Source: the human T2T-CHM13v2.0 reference genome, Homo sapiens. From it: DNA of 64,000 nt. Location: the NCBI RefSeq assembly GCF_009914755.1, contig NC_060935.1. One strand, written 5' to 3'. Under the pieces are notes generated by a model, which was not told the DNA's origin, searched no databases, and worked only from the letters and a program-made list of their open reading frames with translations. Shown piece after piece: positions 1 to 15,702 of the stretch (position 1 is the stretch's first letter; every line of letters begins with the position of its first letter). Both the position numbers and the translations under genes were made by a program.

Positions 1-307
1 ATGTAAAATAATACCAAAGCACCAAACTGCTGACTTTCCTCTGGGCGCCAGGGGAGAGAAGTCACTCTAGCCTTCCTGGCCTTGGAGAGCCAAGTGGGTA
101 TAAGCTGGTCTAGTCACAGCAGCCAGTCACCTCTGCAGGCTAGGACAGCACTGTGTGACTGAGCCTGTGACAGCTTCAGTTTCTTGACAAAGTAAACTCA
201 GCCCAACCGGGTGTCACAGGCTCTTCAAGTCCAAGTCCCCTCAAAGGTTGAACACATTTATCCCCTCCCAATTGAATTATATTACTTGTATGAGCCAGCG
301 CATGCGT

Positions 308-627
308 CTTCTTTTTTTTCTTTTTCTTTCTTTCTTTTTTTTTTTGAAATGAAGTCTTGCTCTGTCACCCAGCCTAGAATGCAGTGCTGCAATCTCAGCA
401 CACTGCAACCTCCCCCTCCCGGATTCAAGCGATTCTCCTACCTCAGCCTCCTGAGTAGCTGGGACTACAGGCATGCACTACCACATCCAGCTAATTTTTG
501 TATTTTTAGTAGAGGCTGGATTTCGCCATGTTGGCCAGGCTGATCTCGAACTCCCGACCTCAGCTAGTCCACCCACCTCAGCCTCTCAAAGTGCTGGGAT
601 TACAGATGTGAGCCACCAGGCCCAGCC
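308..627 (-). mobile_element. Alu (AluS-like)
   Basis: PolyT followed by reverse-complement dimeric Alu consensus. Confidence 0.95.
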
Positions 628-2225
628 CGCATCTTTCTAATTTTAATGGAATTACAGGCGTTCCCTTCTTTCTAGTTGTTTTATTAATTGCTCACCATTA
701 ACAATACCAAGGGCATTTCTAAAAAGAAAATAGTTAGGACAGTTCCAGCACCCTCTCACTCAGAGCTTCCTCCCCTAAATTCATTGGCCCTCCTCTTCCA
801 ATTGGCCGATGCATCCTCAGGCCCTAGACAGTGCTGGAGTGAGCACCATATTTGAGAGCAAGTGGGGAAGGGGTGGGGGCAGTGCGAGGTGAGACTATTA
901 AGTCTCATCTTTTCCCTGCTGTGAGGTCTGTGGGATGACACATGCCACCCAGGACCCCCTGCCCCGGAGAAGGAAGGTTTCCTAGTTGTTGCTTATCTTT
1001 GGAGTCTGGGATCTTTTGGGAAATGAGTCCCTGGATCTTGGGTTCTGAGTTGTGTCACCATTGCGGGGGAAGGGTGGGTTATCATTTCTAAACTCAGTGC
1101 TGGTTGACACTTGCAGAGGAGAAAGGAGTTTGGAAAGCCTCCAGGGTTGTCAAAACTTCCTGCCTCTCGCCCTTGGCATGATCACCAAAGCAGAAATCAG
1201 GATGTTGGATTCCAACCCGGGGGAGTGGTGTGGTTACGAATGTGGCCTCTGCAAGCAGACAGCCTGGGTTCAATTCCCAGCTTGGCCATTTTCTAGCCGT
1301 GTAATCTTAGGCAAGATACTAAACCGCTCTGTGCCTCAGTTTCCCCATCTCGTGGTCTTGCTTTGACAATTAAATCATACTGAATAAATGTCAGCCATTA
1401 CTGCTGAGCTGTGCCAGATTTGTGACGGGTGCTCGACGTGCCTTGGGGCCTCCCCTTTCCCTATCAGAGCAGTGGGAAGCATCACAACATCCTTCCCTTA
1501 TCCCCCTGCACTCTGGACCCCAGATGCCCGAGATAAGTAGCTGCTCCCATCAGTGTGGGTTGGGAGTAGAAAACTAGGAGTCCATCTGGCTGCTTCCCAA
1601 ACCTGCAAACCAGGAATCCCAGTCCAGCTTCCCGGCCACTGGGCAAGGGGCAGGTGAGTGTTTCCGGACAGCTCCCTGAACCAGTCCTGCTCCACTTGAA
1701 TACCTGGAGTCTGAGCCAGGGCCTCGGGAGGCGGGCCCACCAGGGTTCACGTAGCATTTGTCATCACTGCTCGGGACAAAAGGCCAGTCTTCATACACAA
1801 GATGCACGGTGGTCTGCAGGTTAGCAGGGAGCACGCCTCTCCCAAGGTTCGGGGACACTAGTCACAAGGGCCTGGTGCCAGTCTTGCAGAGAGGCACACC
1901 CTGCCCTGTCCTGGCAGTGCTCCAGAGCAGCAGCTGGACTATCCGGGAGATCACTGCGCTGCACTGGGAGCCTGACCTCCCCGTGGGCCTTGGGGATACT
2001 CTTCCTTTGGGCCGCAGATTTTGCAATATTTCTGACAAAATACTTGCTGACAAAAAGCCTTCTGAGAGAAGCATTATTAACTCCAGTTCATGGATGACAG
2101 TCTAAGGCTCAGACTGGCAAAGTGACTGGCCAAAGGTCACTCCACTAATAAGGAACAGAGCTGGACTCCAGCCCAAGCCTTTGAACTCAAGGCCTTGTAA
2201 GGTACATAGGTACCTTCCCCCCATA

Positions 2226-3100
<875 letters not shown>

Positions 3101-3274
3101 CATATGATTTTCCCTCCGAGTGGGGCTGAGTGATCTCTAAGCCCTTCAAATGTATGCTCCTCCCCTGCGTTTATACAGATGAGTGCTTTGTGTACCATGG
3201 GCCCACTTCCGTGATGATAAATGGACGGTGTAGGACAGATTTCCCATCTATATTGACAGCATACTGAAAACAGT

Positions 3275-3530
3275 ATGCTGTAGTAGTTAAAAGGGTGATT
3301 TCTAGAGCCAGACTGTCCAGGTTCAAATTTTGCTTTGATTACTGACCAGCTGGGTGGCCTTGGGTGATTTACTTAAGCTCTCTATGTCCCAGTTTTCTCA
3401 GTGATGACACTGGGATGATGATATTAATAGTATGCACCTCACAGGGTGGTTGTAAGGATTTGCTAGTACATGTAATGCACACAGATAACCGCTATCATCT
3501 ATGGGGCATACAGTAAGTGCTCAAGAGATG
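3275..3530 (+). mobile_element. MIR
   Basis: tctagagccagactgtccaggttcaaat...cttaagctctctatgtcccagttttctc...cctcacagggtggttgtaagg MIR core. Confidence 0.65.
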
Positions 3531-4016
3531 TTGCCTTTCATTACATATTTTATCTAATTATAATCAAAGAATGTAAGGACTGGACAAGATCAAAATCTCA
3601 TCAATCTGTCATTATGCAAGTGACAAAACGGGGCCAGAAAGTGAAAGAACTCATTCAAGGTCATGTAGCAAGTTAATGATAGAAATCAACTGTCGGCTCC
3701 TGACGCCCAACCCAGTGACCCTCTCCACTGTGCCCCCAACAATGCTGACATTGCCGAGAAGAGACACCCTGACCTGCCAGCCACATGAGCTCTTCAATTC
3801 TTCCCTGGGAATGAGTATGGCTTTAGCTGGCGTGGCCACACTGTCTGCCCAGGTGCTCTCTGCAGGCTCATTGGAGCAGGGTGACTGGGTAGTCAGTATG
3901 AAAGCTCACTGTATTAGTACTTCAAGCTAGCCCACATGTCCCCCCAGGAAAAAAGCCCTGTGTATTTATTTGGGGACTTTTAATTTTTATTTGATATAGA
4001 ACATTTGAAAAAATTA

Positions 4017-4445
<429 letters not shown>

Positions 4446-4947
4446 TTAGCATCTCTCCTGGGCAAGGCACTGCGCAAGGTCCTGGATATATGGGGGTGAT
4501 GCTTAGAATCTAGTGAGCCGATGGTTGTCAGTTCATGACCAGGATAGCTATGTAATTAAATGTGGCTGGGCCCACATGAAAAAAAATCTCAGGATGCAGT
4601 GAGAGGACAGAATGGGAGATTGTACTCGGGCTCTCTGTGGGTCCTGGAAAACCTTCAGAAGCTTAAAACATGGCGGGGGGTGAGGACGGGGACTGAAGGG
4701 GAGAGTACAACCATACTTATAACATAACCCTGTATTCTGCTTCTGCCACTTAACATTGTGGCATAAACTTATCCCCACATCATTAAATACTCCCTGTAAA
4801 TTTTTTTTTGGCAAATATTTTTAATGTGCTATATTTTTCTAACCAACCCCCCAATCACTTTTAGACAATCCAGTTGTCTCCGGTTTGAATTTTTTTTTGG
4901 TGGGTTTTTATTTGTTTGTTTTTATTATGCTATCAGAAACAGCACAG

Positions 4948-5280
4948 GGTCGGGTTCTGTGGCTCACGCCTGTAATCCCAGCACTTTGGGAGCCTGAGGT
5001 GGGCGGATCACTTGAAGCCAGGCGTTCGAGATCAGCATGGCCAACATAGTGAAACCCCATCTCTACTAAAAATATAAATAAAAAAATTAGCCAGGCATGG
5101 TGGCAGGCGCCTGTAACCCCAGCTACTCAGTAGCTGCGGCAGGAGAATCGCTTGAATCAGGAGGGTGGAGGTGGCAGTGAACCGAGATCGCATCACTGCA
5201 CTCCAGCCTGGGCAACAGAGGGAGAGTGAGACTCTATGGCAAAATAAAAATAAAAATAAATATAAATATAAATATAAAAA
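4948..5280 (+). mobile_element. Alu
   Basis: Alu consensus with (AAAAT)/(TATAAA) tail. Confidence 0.95.
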
Positions 5281-6229
5281 ACCAGCACATCACAGCATTC
5301 TGGGGCTCCAGTGGATGGAAAAGGGAATCTAGAACCATCTAGTTCCAAAGCATGGACTTTAGTCTCCAGGCAGTATGGTACTTGAGATAGTTTTATTTAG
5401 GATAGGTTCCCAGATGTGGAATTACTGGATTGAAAGAGCTTGGTTTGCTGTTGTTGTTAAGGCTGTTGGCATCTGTGTTTGCAAACACTTTCTGTTGATT
5501 TTTTTTTTTAAACTATACTTCTAGCAGGTGACACGTGCACCTGGCTGCACCACTTGTAGATTCCACCTCCATGTTTCCATCGTCCCTTTCCACCCTGCCT
5601 CTGGCTCTGTACAGCATCTCTTCATCCATCATCCACTCAACGAGCATTCAGGATGCAACCGTGTTTTCCTCAGCACCTCTGACAGTGCCGGAGGACAGAA
5701 AGTAACCTCAGGTGTAGCTGGTGTTGACCTGACACTGGTCACTGGGCACGGCCAGAGCGGCATTCTGGGGAGTGCCTTGTTTCCCCACCAGGCTTGCTCT
5801 GACACTGGGCTGGCCAGCGGGAGGCTCAGCTTTCCCTCGATGTCTATGCCTCCTTTCTCCACAAGTCCCTCACCTCTCAGATGCCCATGGGACATCTCAG
5901 GAGCCTGGGTGACACAACAGGAGTATCAGTGTCCCGTTCCGTTTTCTCAAATTCCAGGCAACAAGGCTCTTTCGTGCCTTCATTCTTCCTGTGCTTACAG
6001 TCTCCTCCGCAGCCCGTTCCACTGGAGTCTTCTTCCCACTACCCCATTGGAGGTTCTGTCCCACTCGGGGACTTCTGCATGGGACTGGCCTGAAAAAGCC
6101 GCCTCCTTCCTGGGCTGGGGTCGGCACTCCCAACCTCTTTCTTCTCCTATTCTGAAACCAGCCGCTCCCCTCCATCCCTTCCCTGTCTTGTTCCATCACT
6201 TTCCAGAATTTGGGACACAACTAGAGATG

Positions 6230-6790
6230 ATTTTCAGGGGCACACAGTATAACTTCAGGTGGTAAATGAACTTAGCATTAAATAACACTGAATCATGTGG
6301 CAATAAAAGTTTAAATAATTATTATTTTTCAATGTTTTGTCATTCCTTCTGATTCTATCAGATAGTCTGATGATGATGTGTCTTTTTTTTTTTTTTTTTT
6401 TTTGAGACGGAGTCTTGCTCTGTCGCCCAGGCTAGAGCGTAGTAGTGGCGTGATCTCAGCTCACTGCAACCTCTGCCTCCTGGGTTCAAGCGATTCTCTG
6501 CCTCAGCCTCCCGAGTAGCTGGAACTACAGGCACCTGCCACCACGCCTGGCTAACTTTTGTATTTTTAGTAGAGACAGGGTTTCACCATATTGGCCAGGC
6601 TGGTCTCGAACTCTGGACCTTGTGATCCACCCACCTTGGCCTCCCAAAGTGCTGGGATTACAGGCATGAGCCACCGTGCCTGGCCGATGATGTGTCTTTT
6701 AACATCTCTAACATGGCTTTATTTTTAGTATGCTTGTTTTTACAATTACCTTCTATTTTAAGCAAGTCATATAAATCGTCCCTTTAGGTT
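6230..6790. mobile_element. hAT-Charlie remnant (MER113/MER112-like), interrupted by an Alu
   Basis: Resembles the reverse complement of the element at 33950-35330 (gtgtcttttaacatctctaaca, ttacaattaccttctatt). Confidence 0.45.
6383..6685 (-). mobile_element. Alu with clear target-site duplication
   Basis: TSD gatgatgtgtctttt on both sides. Confidence 0.96.
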
Positions 6791-7454
6791 TTAATATCTT
6801 CTTATTTTTTTCATATCAACATACATACCTAATTTTACATACATAGAATCATATCATACATGATTTTTAAAGTACAGCCTTTTACCTTCATTGCTTGCTT
6901 TTCCTCCCCCTATCTTCCATGGCTGTGACTGTGTCCCACGACCAGCTGCATAGTTTGCAGGGCCCAGTGCAAAACGGAGATGCAGGGCCTTTGGTTCAAC
7001 AAATGATGAGGAATTTCAAGATGGCAACAGCAGAGGATTCAAGCAAAGGCCGGGTCCTTCTAAGCACGGGGCCCTGTGCACAGTCCACCAGCCTGTGGAG
7101 CTGGCCCTGCTTGGCCCCTTCCCCTGAAGCCCACTCTTAATTTTTCCATTTTGATTATCTGCTGTGTGTTCTCCCACACTTATCTTCATGTTCCTGCAAT
7201 CATACCAGTTCACAGAGGGGGTTTTTTGGCCTTGCTTCACAAAAAATGTATCATATTATATTCTCTTCTCTGCATCTTGCTTTTCCTACTCAACACAGCT
7301 TGGAAATCCTGCCAACCCATCTGGGTCTATTTCATTCTTTATAAAGGCTGCATAAGATGCCATGCTGTAAATGGACCGTAATTGATTCAGCCGTTTCCCC
7401 TGTGAATGGGCATTCACTCTGTTTCTAACATTTTGCCATTCAAAAATCTGCAGT

Positions 7455-7806
<352 letters not shown>

Positions 7807-7829
7807 TCACAGGAAAGGGTAAAAGTTTG

Positions 7830-8548
<719 letters not shown>

Positions 8549-8641
8549 GGCTCCTTTTCAAATAAATTTATTGCAGCAAAAAAGTGAACCAATTTAAAGA
8601 AAAGTGTGAGGCACAGGGCCAGGCAAAAGTGGTAACAATGG

Positions 8642-9126
<485 letters not shown>

Positions 9127-9363
9127 TTATCCGCTTTCAACCAGCTGCCTTGGAGCTGGCAGCTGCTGCTCACTCATTCATTCAGTCAATCAACAAACAT
9201 TGCCTTGGACACTGTGGGGGACACAGGGCTGACCCAGCCATGGGCCCTGCCCTCTAGGGTTTTCTGATCTAGGAGAACACATTTTTGTCTTTATGCATGA
9301 GAAAGTGGTTTTCCAGACCCAGAGAGAGAGATGATACAGAGCAGAGCTAAAGCCCCCCTGCCC

Positions 9364-9456
9364 CACACACATCACATTCACACACACAGTCGTAATCACA
9401 TATGCACACAGTCCCTCACACACACTCATATGCACACACCTCACAGTCATACACAC
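9364..9456. repeat. Degenerate CA-rich low-complexity repeat
   Basis: cacacacatcacattcacacacacag... Confidence 0.7.
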
Positions 9457-10674
9457 TGCAGCCATCATTCAATCCCCCTCCCCCACCCCATGTAGTAACA
9501 TTGAAAACTACGCAGGAGCACTGGGACGGTTGCTGTGGGAACCGGGATTCTGAAATCCTAACTTGTGGGCATCTGAATTCTTGCGCTGAACATTCTAATA
9601 CATCAGCCACAGAGTTTATGCTCTGAATTTGGAGTCATTTCTCCTCCAGGGGCTCAGGCTGGGCAGACAGCCAGGGAGTTAGCGAGGACGGCAATTAGAG
9701 GACTGAAGACTTTCTGCCTGATGATGAAGAGGCCCACACGGTTTCCTGGAGAGGGCTGTCTGCCAGGGTGTGCACGCGCACATGCACAAGCTCAGGCTCA
9801 GGGGGTATGTCTGTGGAATCTGCTCAGGTGAAGCTCCAGGAATGTGTAGTGGTCATGTCCGAGTCTTCAGGCTCTGTATCGGTCAGGCCGGACTAGGCAA
9901 GGCTGTAGCAACAAGGACACCCCCAAATCTTCATGGTTTAACATGATAAGGGCTTACTCCTTACTCACACAAAATCCAAGCTGGGTCAACATCCCCTTCC
10001 CTCTTGCAGTTCCTCCGCAACCCAGGGCCTCTAATATCCTTCAACAGGGAAGACGTAAATGGAAATGGCTCACTGCCTCTTCCCTGCTTTGGCTCAAAAG
10101 CAAGCAGACGTCTTCTGCCTAGGCTTCAACCAGCCCAACCTAAGTGCAAGAGAAACCAGGAAATGCAGAGGAGTTCATAGGCAACCACAACAGTCCCTGC
10201 CCCAGAGCCTCCCTTTGTGCTTTGCAAGCCCAAACATCCCAGCCCAGAGGGGAGGCAAGTCCTTGGAGACAGTTTAAATCCGGGCTCTGCAGCTTGCTCA
10301 CTGGGTGGCCTCAGGCCCACGCATCAGTTGGGTTCCCACCAGGAAACCTAGAATAGGAATTTAAAGGGGACTTATTTACAGAAGAACTATTTACAAAGGG
10401 TAATGCAGTAAGTAGAATCTAAGAGCAACTTCTGGCCAAAGGAGACACAACCAGGGAGTGGTCAGTGAGTCCGAGTAGGAGACAGTCAAGGAGAGGTCAC
10501 CTTGAATAAGCAATGTCCTTCACATGAGGGACACAGCCTACCCGAGGGACCTCACAGGGGGGGCCAGAGGAATAAGTGTCATATCTTCGCTCTCCTCACT
10601 TCTGCCTAGCTCTGCTAAGGCTCCCCATTGGCTGAATCTGACAGAAGCCATAAGGCCCAGGAAGACAGGGGTTA

Positions 10675-11196
<522 letters not shown>

Positions 11197-11768
11197 TCAT
11201 GAATGCTAGTTTCTTAGTGTCTGAAGGCACTTTGCAATCCAGTGGTTCCCAGTCCAGGATGTGTCAATTATTCTAAAGTCTGATATGAAATTCTCAAACA
11301 AATTCTATAAACAAAATTTTCTTTTTCTAAATCACTCCCACTTTCGAGCTTTTTCTATATGTCAAGTATTTCATAGGCTGTCTCATTTCAGTCTCACAAT
11401 ATTTTCCTAAGAATCATAGCTGAAAAATTGGGACTGGCACAGAAAGATTAAGTCACCCATTCATGGTCACGAAGCCACTTTGTGTGTCTGGCCCCAGTGC
11501 CCACTGCCTTTCCTCCCTGTTCTACTCCGATTTCTGAAGCTGTGTGTGCAATGAATAGGTAAAGCGGAGGATCCTGAAATGCCAATGTTTGAGAACTTTC
11601 CCTACCTTGAAGGGAGGCCAATGCACCCAAAGTTGAGGACCACGTCTTTTCCAAAGGCCTCATGTAGCCACCACAGGCTCCAGGAAGTGCCCCCTGCTCA
11701 TCAGGGTGTCTCTGTGGTCTCCAGGCCTGAGCTCACTCACCCACCATGCTGCTGCTGGTTCATTTCAG

Positions 11769-11837
11769 GTCATCCATCTCCAGCCCCACCTGACCAGCTC
11801 AACACCAGCAGTGCAGAGAGTGAGCTCTGGGAGCCAG
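11769..11837 (+). CDS. CD6: CD6 exon 2 (69 nt), N-terminal segment after the signal peptide, (G)[22 protein letters not shown]
   Basis: Acceptor catttcAG at 11767-68 and donor GTgagc at 11838. Translation matches the CD6 N-terminus. Confidence 0.97.
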
Positions 11838-12754
11838 GTGAGCAAACATTCCCTCTGGGGGTCCATGATCAGCTTTCTGTAGGTGGTCCCCCAGGGTAAT
11901 AAAGAAGGGAAATGGACATTTAGGATACCAGGGAGGCTCCCTGACTTCAGACAACACTTCTTCCTGACCCATCACCTGAAGTTCCACTATCAATTCACTT
12001 TGAGGTCGTAGAACTACCATTTTTGAGAGGACACTGATAAGTCACATACAGGTGGGCAGGTATGCCTGGAGCATTTTAAGGGGATTTGTTGAGAACAGGC
12101 TAGAGTTCTTGGTGGGGGAGGCAGGGTCCTTGATTTACTCAGCAGACGTTTATTAAGGACCTACTGTATGCAAAGATGCATGCTAGCACTGGGGGTACAA
12201 TCCTGGGCTAAAAGGGGCAGGTGGTTCCCATAGAAGGGGTTCTGGGGAAGTGAGGACCACCATCAGCTGAAGCAGCCCATCATCAACCCCATGGCCAGCC
12301 GCTTCACAATCCTCCAAGGTTCCCTAGTCACTGTGACAGCCTCTAGGACAGTACCCTCAGAGGAGCAGAGGGGCCTTCAGGGGAAGCATGCGCCCACTGG
12401 ACCAGGGCCCCTGAACTCACAACTCTGCCTTTCTTTCACAAACGGGTGCCCCTGGAGACAGGAGCAAGTGAGGAGGGTTTCTAGGGGGCTGGACCCCTAG
12501 TTGTCTGTCACCCATCTTAACCTCTAGAGTCACTCCCAAGCCCCACCTTCGGCTGACTCTAAGGAGAACCACAGGGTCAGGCCTCAAGGTGGGCTCAGGG
12601 ATGAGCCAGCCCGGCTCCATTTTGCAGACTGGAAAGCTGAGACCCCTAGCCAGGCAGGGCGTTGTCAAAGTTCACGCACAGAGTCAGTGGCAGAGCCTGG
12701 GCAACCCTCTGCCCAGGCCCCACCGGTCTCAGCTCTCTGGTCTGACACTTCCAG

Positions 12755-13105
12755 GGGAGCGGCTTCCGGTCCGTCTGACAAACGGGAGCAGCAGCTGCAG
12801 CGGGACGGTGGAGGTGCGGCTCGAGGCGTCCTGGGAGCCCGCGTGCGGGGCGCTCTGGGACAGCCGCGCCGCCGAGGCCGTGTGCCGAGCACTGGGCTGC
12901 GGCGGGGCGGAGGCCGCCTCTCAGCTCGCCCCGCCGACCCCTGAGCTGCCGCCCCCGCCTGCAGCCGGGAACACCAGCGTAGCAGCTAATGCCACTCTGG
13001 CCGGGGCGCCCGCCCTCCTGTGCAGCGGCGCCGAGTGGCGGCTCTGCGAGGTGGTGGAGCACGCGTGCCGCAGCGACGGGAGGCGGGCCCGTGTCACCTG
13101 TGCAG
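12755..13105 (+). CDS. CD6: CD6 exon 3 (351 nt), SRCR domain 1
   Basis: Acceptor cttccAG, donor GTacga. Eight Cys of a group-B SRCR ([16 protein letters not shown]...RVTCA), a Pro-rich loop and NGS/NTS/NAT sequons. Confidence 0.98.
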
Positions 13106-13728
13106 GTACGAGCGCACCCCCTACACGGGCCCCCACCTGCCCCACTCCCCAGGCCTTCAGCCACTGCCCCTGGCTCCAGACCCTGGACGCAAGCCTCGCC
13201 CTCCAGACCTCCACCCCCACCGCCTACCAGTGCAAACGCACCGGGTTCCCACACCGGAGGACGACCTCGAGTCATTTCCAGATCTGAGCGTTTCCTTGGA
13301 TCTGGCCTCCAGACTCCACCCCCACACTTGGTTCCTAGTCCCACCCCTGTGTTCCCAAAGCTAACCCGGTCTCTAACCCCACTTACTGGGCCCGCCGCTT
13401 CCCTGTCCCCGCCCGCTCTGGGTCTCTCCTCCCCTTTCGCCATATACATAAACATGCCAGGTTCACAGGGTCCCTAAGCGCTGTGGCTCCCAGGCTCCCA
13501 AACCTGCCCTCCAGGCCCCGCCCACCAGGTCTCTGGTCCCTCCCACCAGCCTGCGGCTCTACCTAACCCATCTGCAGTCCTGGGGGGATTCCCAGTCTTG
13601 CCTACCGGGCTACAGCCCTCTCACTGGGTCCACAACACGCTCACAACTCTCCGGCCAGTCCAACCATCACCCCAACCCTCCCTTCCTGGTCGGGTGCCCC
13701 AGCATCCACAACCCCCTCCCACCCCTAG

Positions 13729-14040
13729 AGAACCGCGCGCTGCGCCTGGTGGACGGTGGCGGCGCCTGCGCCGGCCGCGTGGAGATGCTGGAGCATGGCG
13801 AGTGGGGATCAGTGTGCGATGACACTTGGGACCTGGAGGACGCCCACGTGGTGTGCAGGCAACTGGGCTGCGGCTGGGCAGTCCAGGCCCTGCCCGGCTT
13901 GCACTTCACGCCCGGCCGCGGGCCTATCCACTGGGACCAGGTGAACTGCTCGGGGGCCGAAGCTTACCTGTGGGACTGCCCGGGGCTGCCAGGACAGCAC
14001 TACTGCGGCCACAAAGAGGACGCGGGCGTGGTGTGCTCAG
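13729..14040 (+). CDS. CD6: CD6 exon 4 (312 nt), SRCR domain 2
   Basis: Acceptor cccctAG, donor GTcagt. [16 protein letters not shown]...[24 protein letters not shown]...[12 protein letters not shown], 8 Cys. Confidence 0.98.
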
Positions 14041-14469
14041 GTCAGTGGGCGGAGTTGCTGAAGCCCGGTCACTACCAACACTCACCATAGGCCTACTGGG
14101 CGCCAAGCCTGGAGTTAGTGCCGGAGAGGTGGTCCCTGCCCTTGAGATGTCACAGTTCAGGAGGGGAGATGAGACTGAGACAAACATAATTCAGGAGAGA
14201 AAGTGGTAAATGCCCCCAAGAAAGGCAGTCAGGTGGAGTCTAGAGGCAGCAGACCATGCGGAGCTGTAGGCTAAGGCTGACCACCTCCCGGAAGAGGTGA
14301 CATTAAAAGTGAGACTCTTCCCGAGTGGGAGTTGGCCACCTGCATTCAAGCAGCAAGGGGAGACTGAAGGGAGGGAGGCCTCTGAGGAGGCTGTTGGTCT
14401 GTCCAGGTGGGGCCAGAAGGTTCTGGACCAGCCAGTGCCTCTCTTTGATAAGCAGGAGATGGGGGAGGT

Positions 14470-14595
14470 GGGGGTGTTAAAATGTAGATTCTGATTCAGT
14501 AGGCCTGAGGCAGAGCTCCAGAGTCTGCATTTCTAACAAGATCCCAGGCAATGCCGATGCTGCTGCTCCACAGACCACACTTATCACAGCAGGGT
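14470..14595. mobile_element. MER5A (hAT-Charlie) fragment in intron 4
   Basis: gattctgattcagtaggcctgaggcagagctccagagtctgcatttctaacaag...gatgctgctgctccacagaccacac. Confidence 0.8.
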
Positions 14596-14766
14596 TGGCC
14601 AGAGCAAATGGGGCAGGTGACAGGGGGACACAGACACAGGAGGGAGAAGACACAAGATCTGGAGACCAAATGGCTGCATTGGTGCCTGCACTGGTGGGTC
14701 TGGGCTGGCGGGAATTTCTGCCCAAAGGATTCTGACCTGACTCTGTCCCCTGCCCCTTCCCTGCAG

Positions 14767-15069
14767 AGCACCAGTCCTGGCGCCTGACAGGGGGCACTGA
14801 CCGCTGCGAGGGGCAGGTGGAGGTACACTTCCGAGGGGTCTGGAACACAGTGTGTGACAGTGAGTGGTACCCATCGGAGGCCAAGGTGCTCTGCCAGTCC
14901 TTGGGCTGTGGAACTGCGGTTGAGAGGCCCAAGGGGCTGCCCCACTCCTTGTCCGGCAGGATGTACTACTCATGCAATGGGGAGGAGCTCACCCTCTCCA
15001 ACTGCTCCTGGCGGTTCAACAACTCCAACCTCTGCAGCCAGTCGCTGGCAGCCAGGGTCCTCTGCTCAG
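14767..15069 (+). CDS. CD6: CD6 exon 5 (303 nt), SRCR domain 3 (CD166/ALCAM-binding)
   Basis: Acceptor cctgcAG, donor GTaccc. [16 protein letters not shown]...[17 protein letters not shown], 8 Cys. Confidence 0.98.
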
Positions 15070-15515
15070 GTACCCCATCCTACTCCACCCCCCCAGATTT
15101 GAGCCAGAATTCTACCTGAATCCATGTCCTAAAAACTTACAGTCCAAGGACCACAATAGGCACCAGATCGGCAATGGCACATATGGCATAAGAAGGACTG
15201 TTGTCCTTACGGTGCCCAGGCAGACAGTGCTAATTCATCGAGGTATTTTCAGATGCTCCACTCAGCCCCAGAATGATGAATCATATATGAAGACATTATA
15301 TGCTAAGCAATGGTTCCTCTTGACTGGGATTGACTCAAGAGTTGACACCAATTTGCCATCCCAGGCCTGGTGATGATAGTAAAAATAATATTAGCAGGCC
15401 CTAGTAATAATATCGGTGACAGCTTCTGGAACCCTGATCATATGCTAGGCATTGTTAAGCACTAAGTAGCTCTTATTTCAGCTGAGCCTCATACCCACTC
15501 TATGAGTTGGGTTCC

Positions 15516-15702
15516 ACCATATCTCGCCAAATCTAAGATGGCATTGTTTATGTCACACCATTATTATTTTATGTACCATAAAGAAGAACGAACACTGCCA
15601 AAATAAACCACCAAACGTAATGACTGAGGCCATTATCCCAATTTCAGACGTGTTAAAGTTTGAAAAAACGTGAGTGTTAGATAGATCTGAAGAAACATGG
15701 TA
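15516..15702. mobile_element. TcMar-type (MER104/Kanga-like) non-autonomous DNA element
   Basis: Degenerate terminal inverted repeats ccatatctcgccaaatctaa ... ttagatagatctgaagaaacatgg. Confidence 0.45.

Larger units (their letters stand above)
12700..14060. promoter_or_regulatory. Intragenic CpG-rich region over exons 3-4
   Basis: Very high GC and dense CpG (cgcgccgccgaggccg, gcgcctgcgccggccgcg) against a CpG-poor background. Confidence 0.75.

Noticed and set aside
5528-6265. 245-aa ORF in intron 1
   Set aside because: GTG start, no recognisable domain, S/P/L/H-rich composition typical of non-coding DNA, and it ends in a transposon remnant. It would need Ribo-seq or conservation evidence.
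12589-13287. 232-aa ORF (and similar ORFs at 13749, 14817, 18377, 20715, 22905) as independent genes
   Set aside because: Each is a CD6 exon with intronic read-through on one or both sides.
12646-13455. 269-aa antisense ORF and other overlapping ORFs across exons 3-4
   Set aside because: Shadow frames expected in very GC-rich, stop-poor coding DNA. Low-complexity G/A/R/P composition and no recognisable domain.
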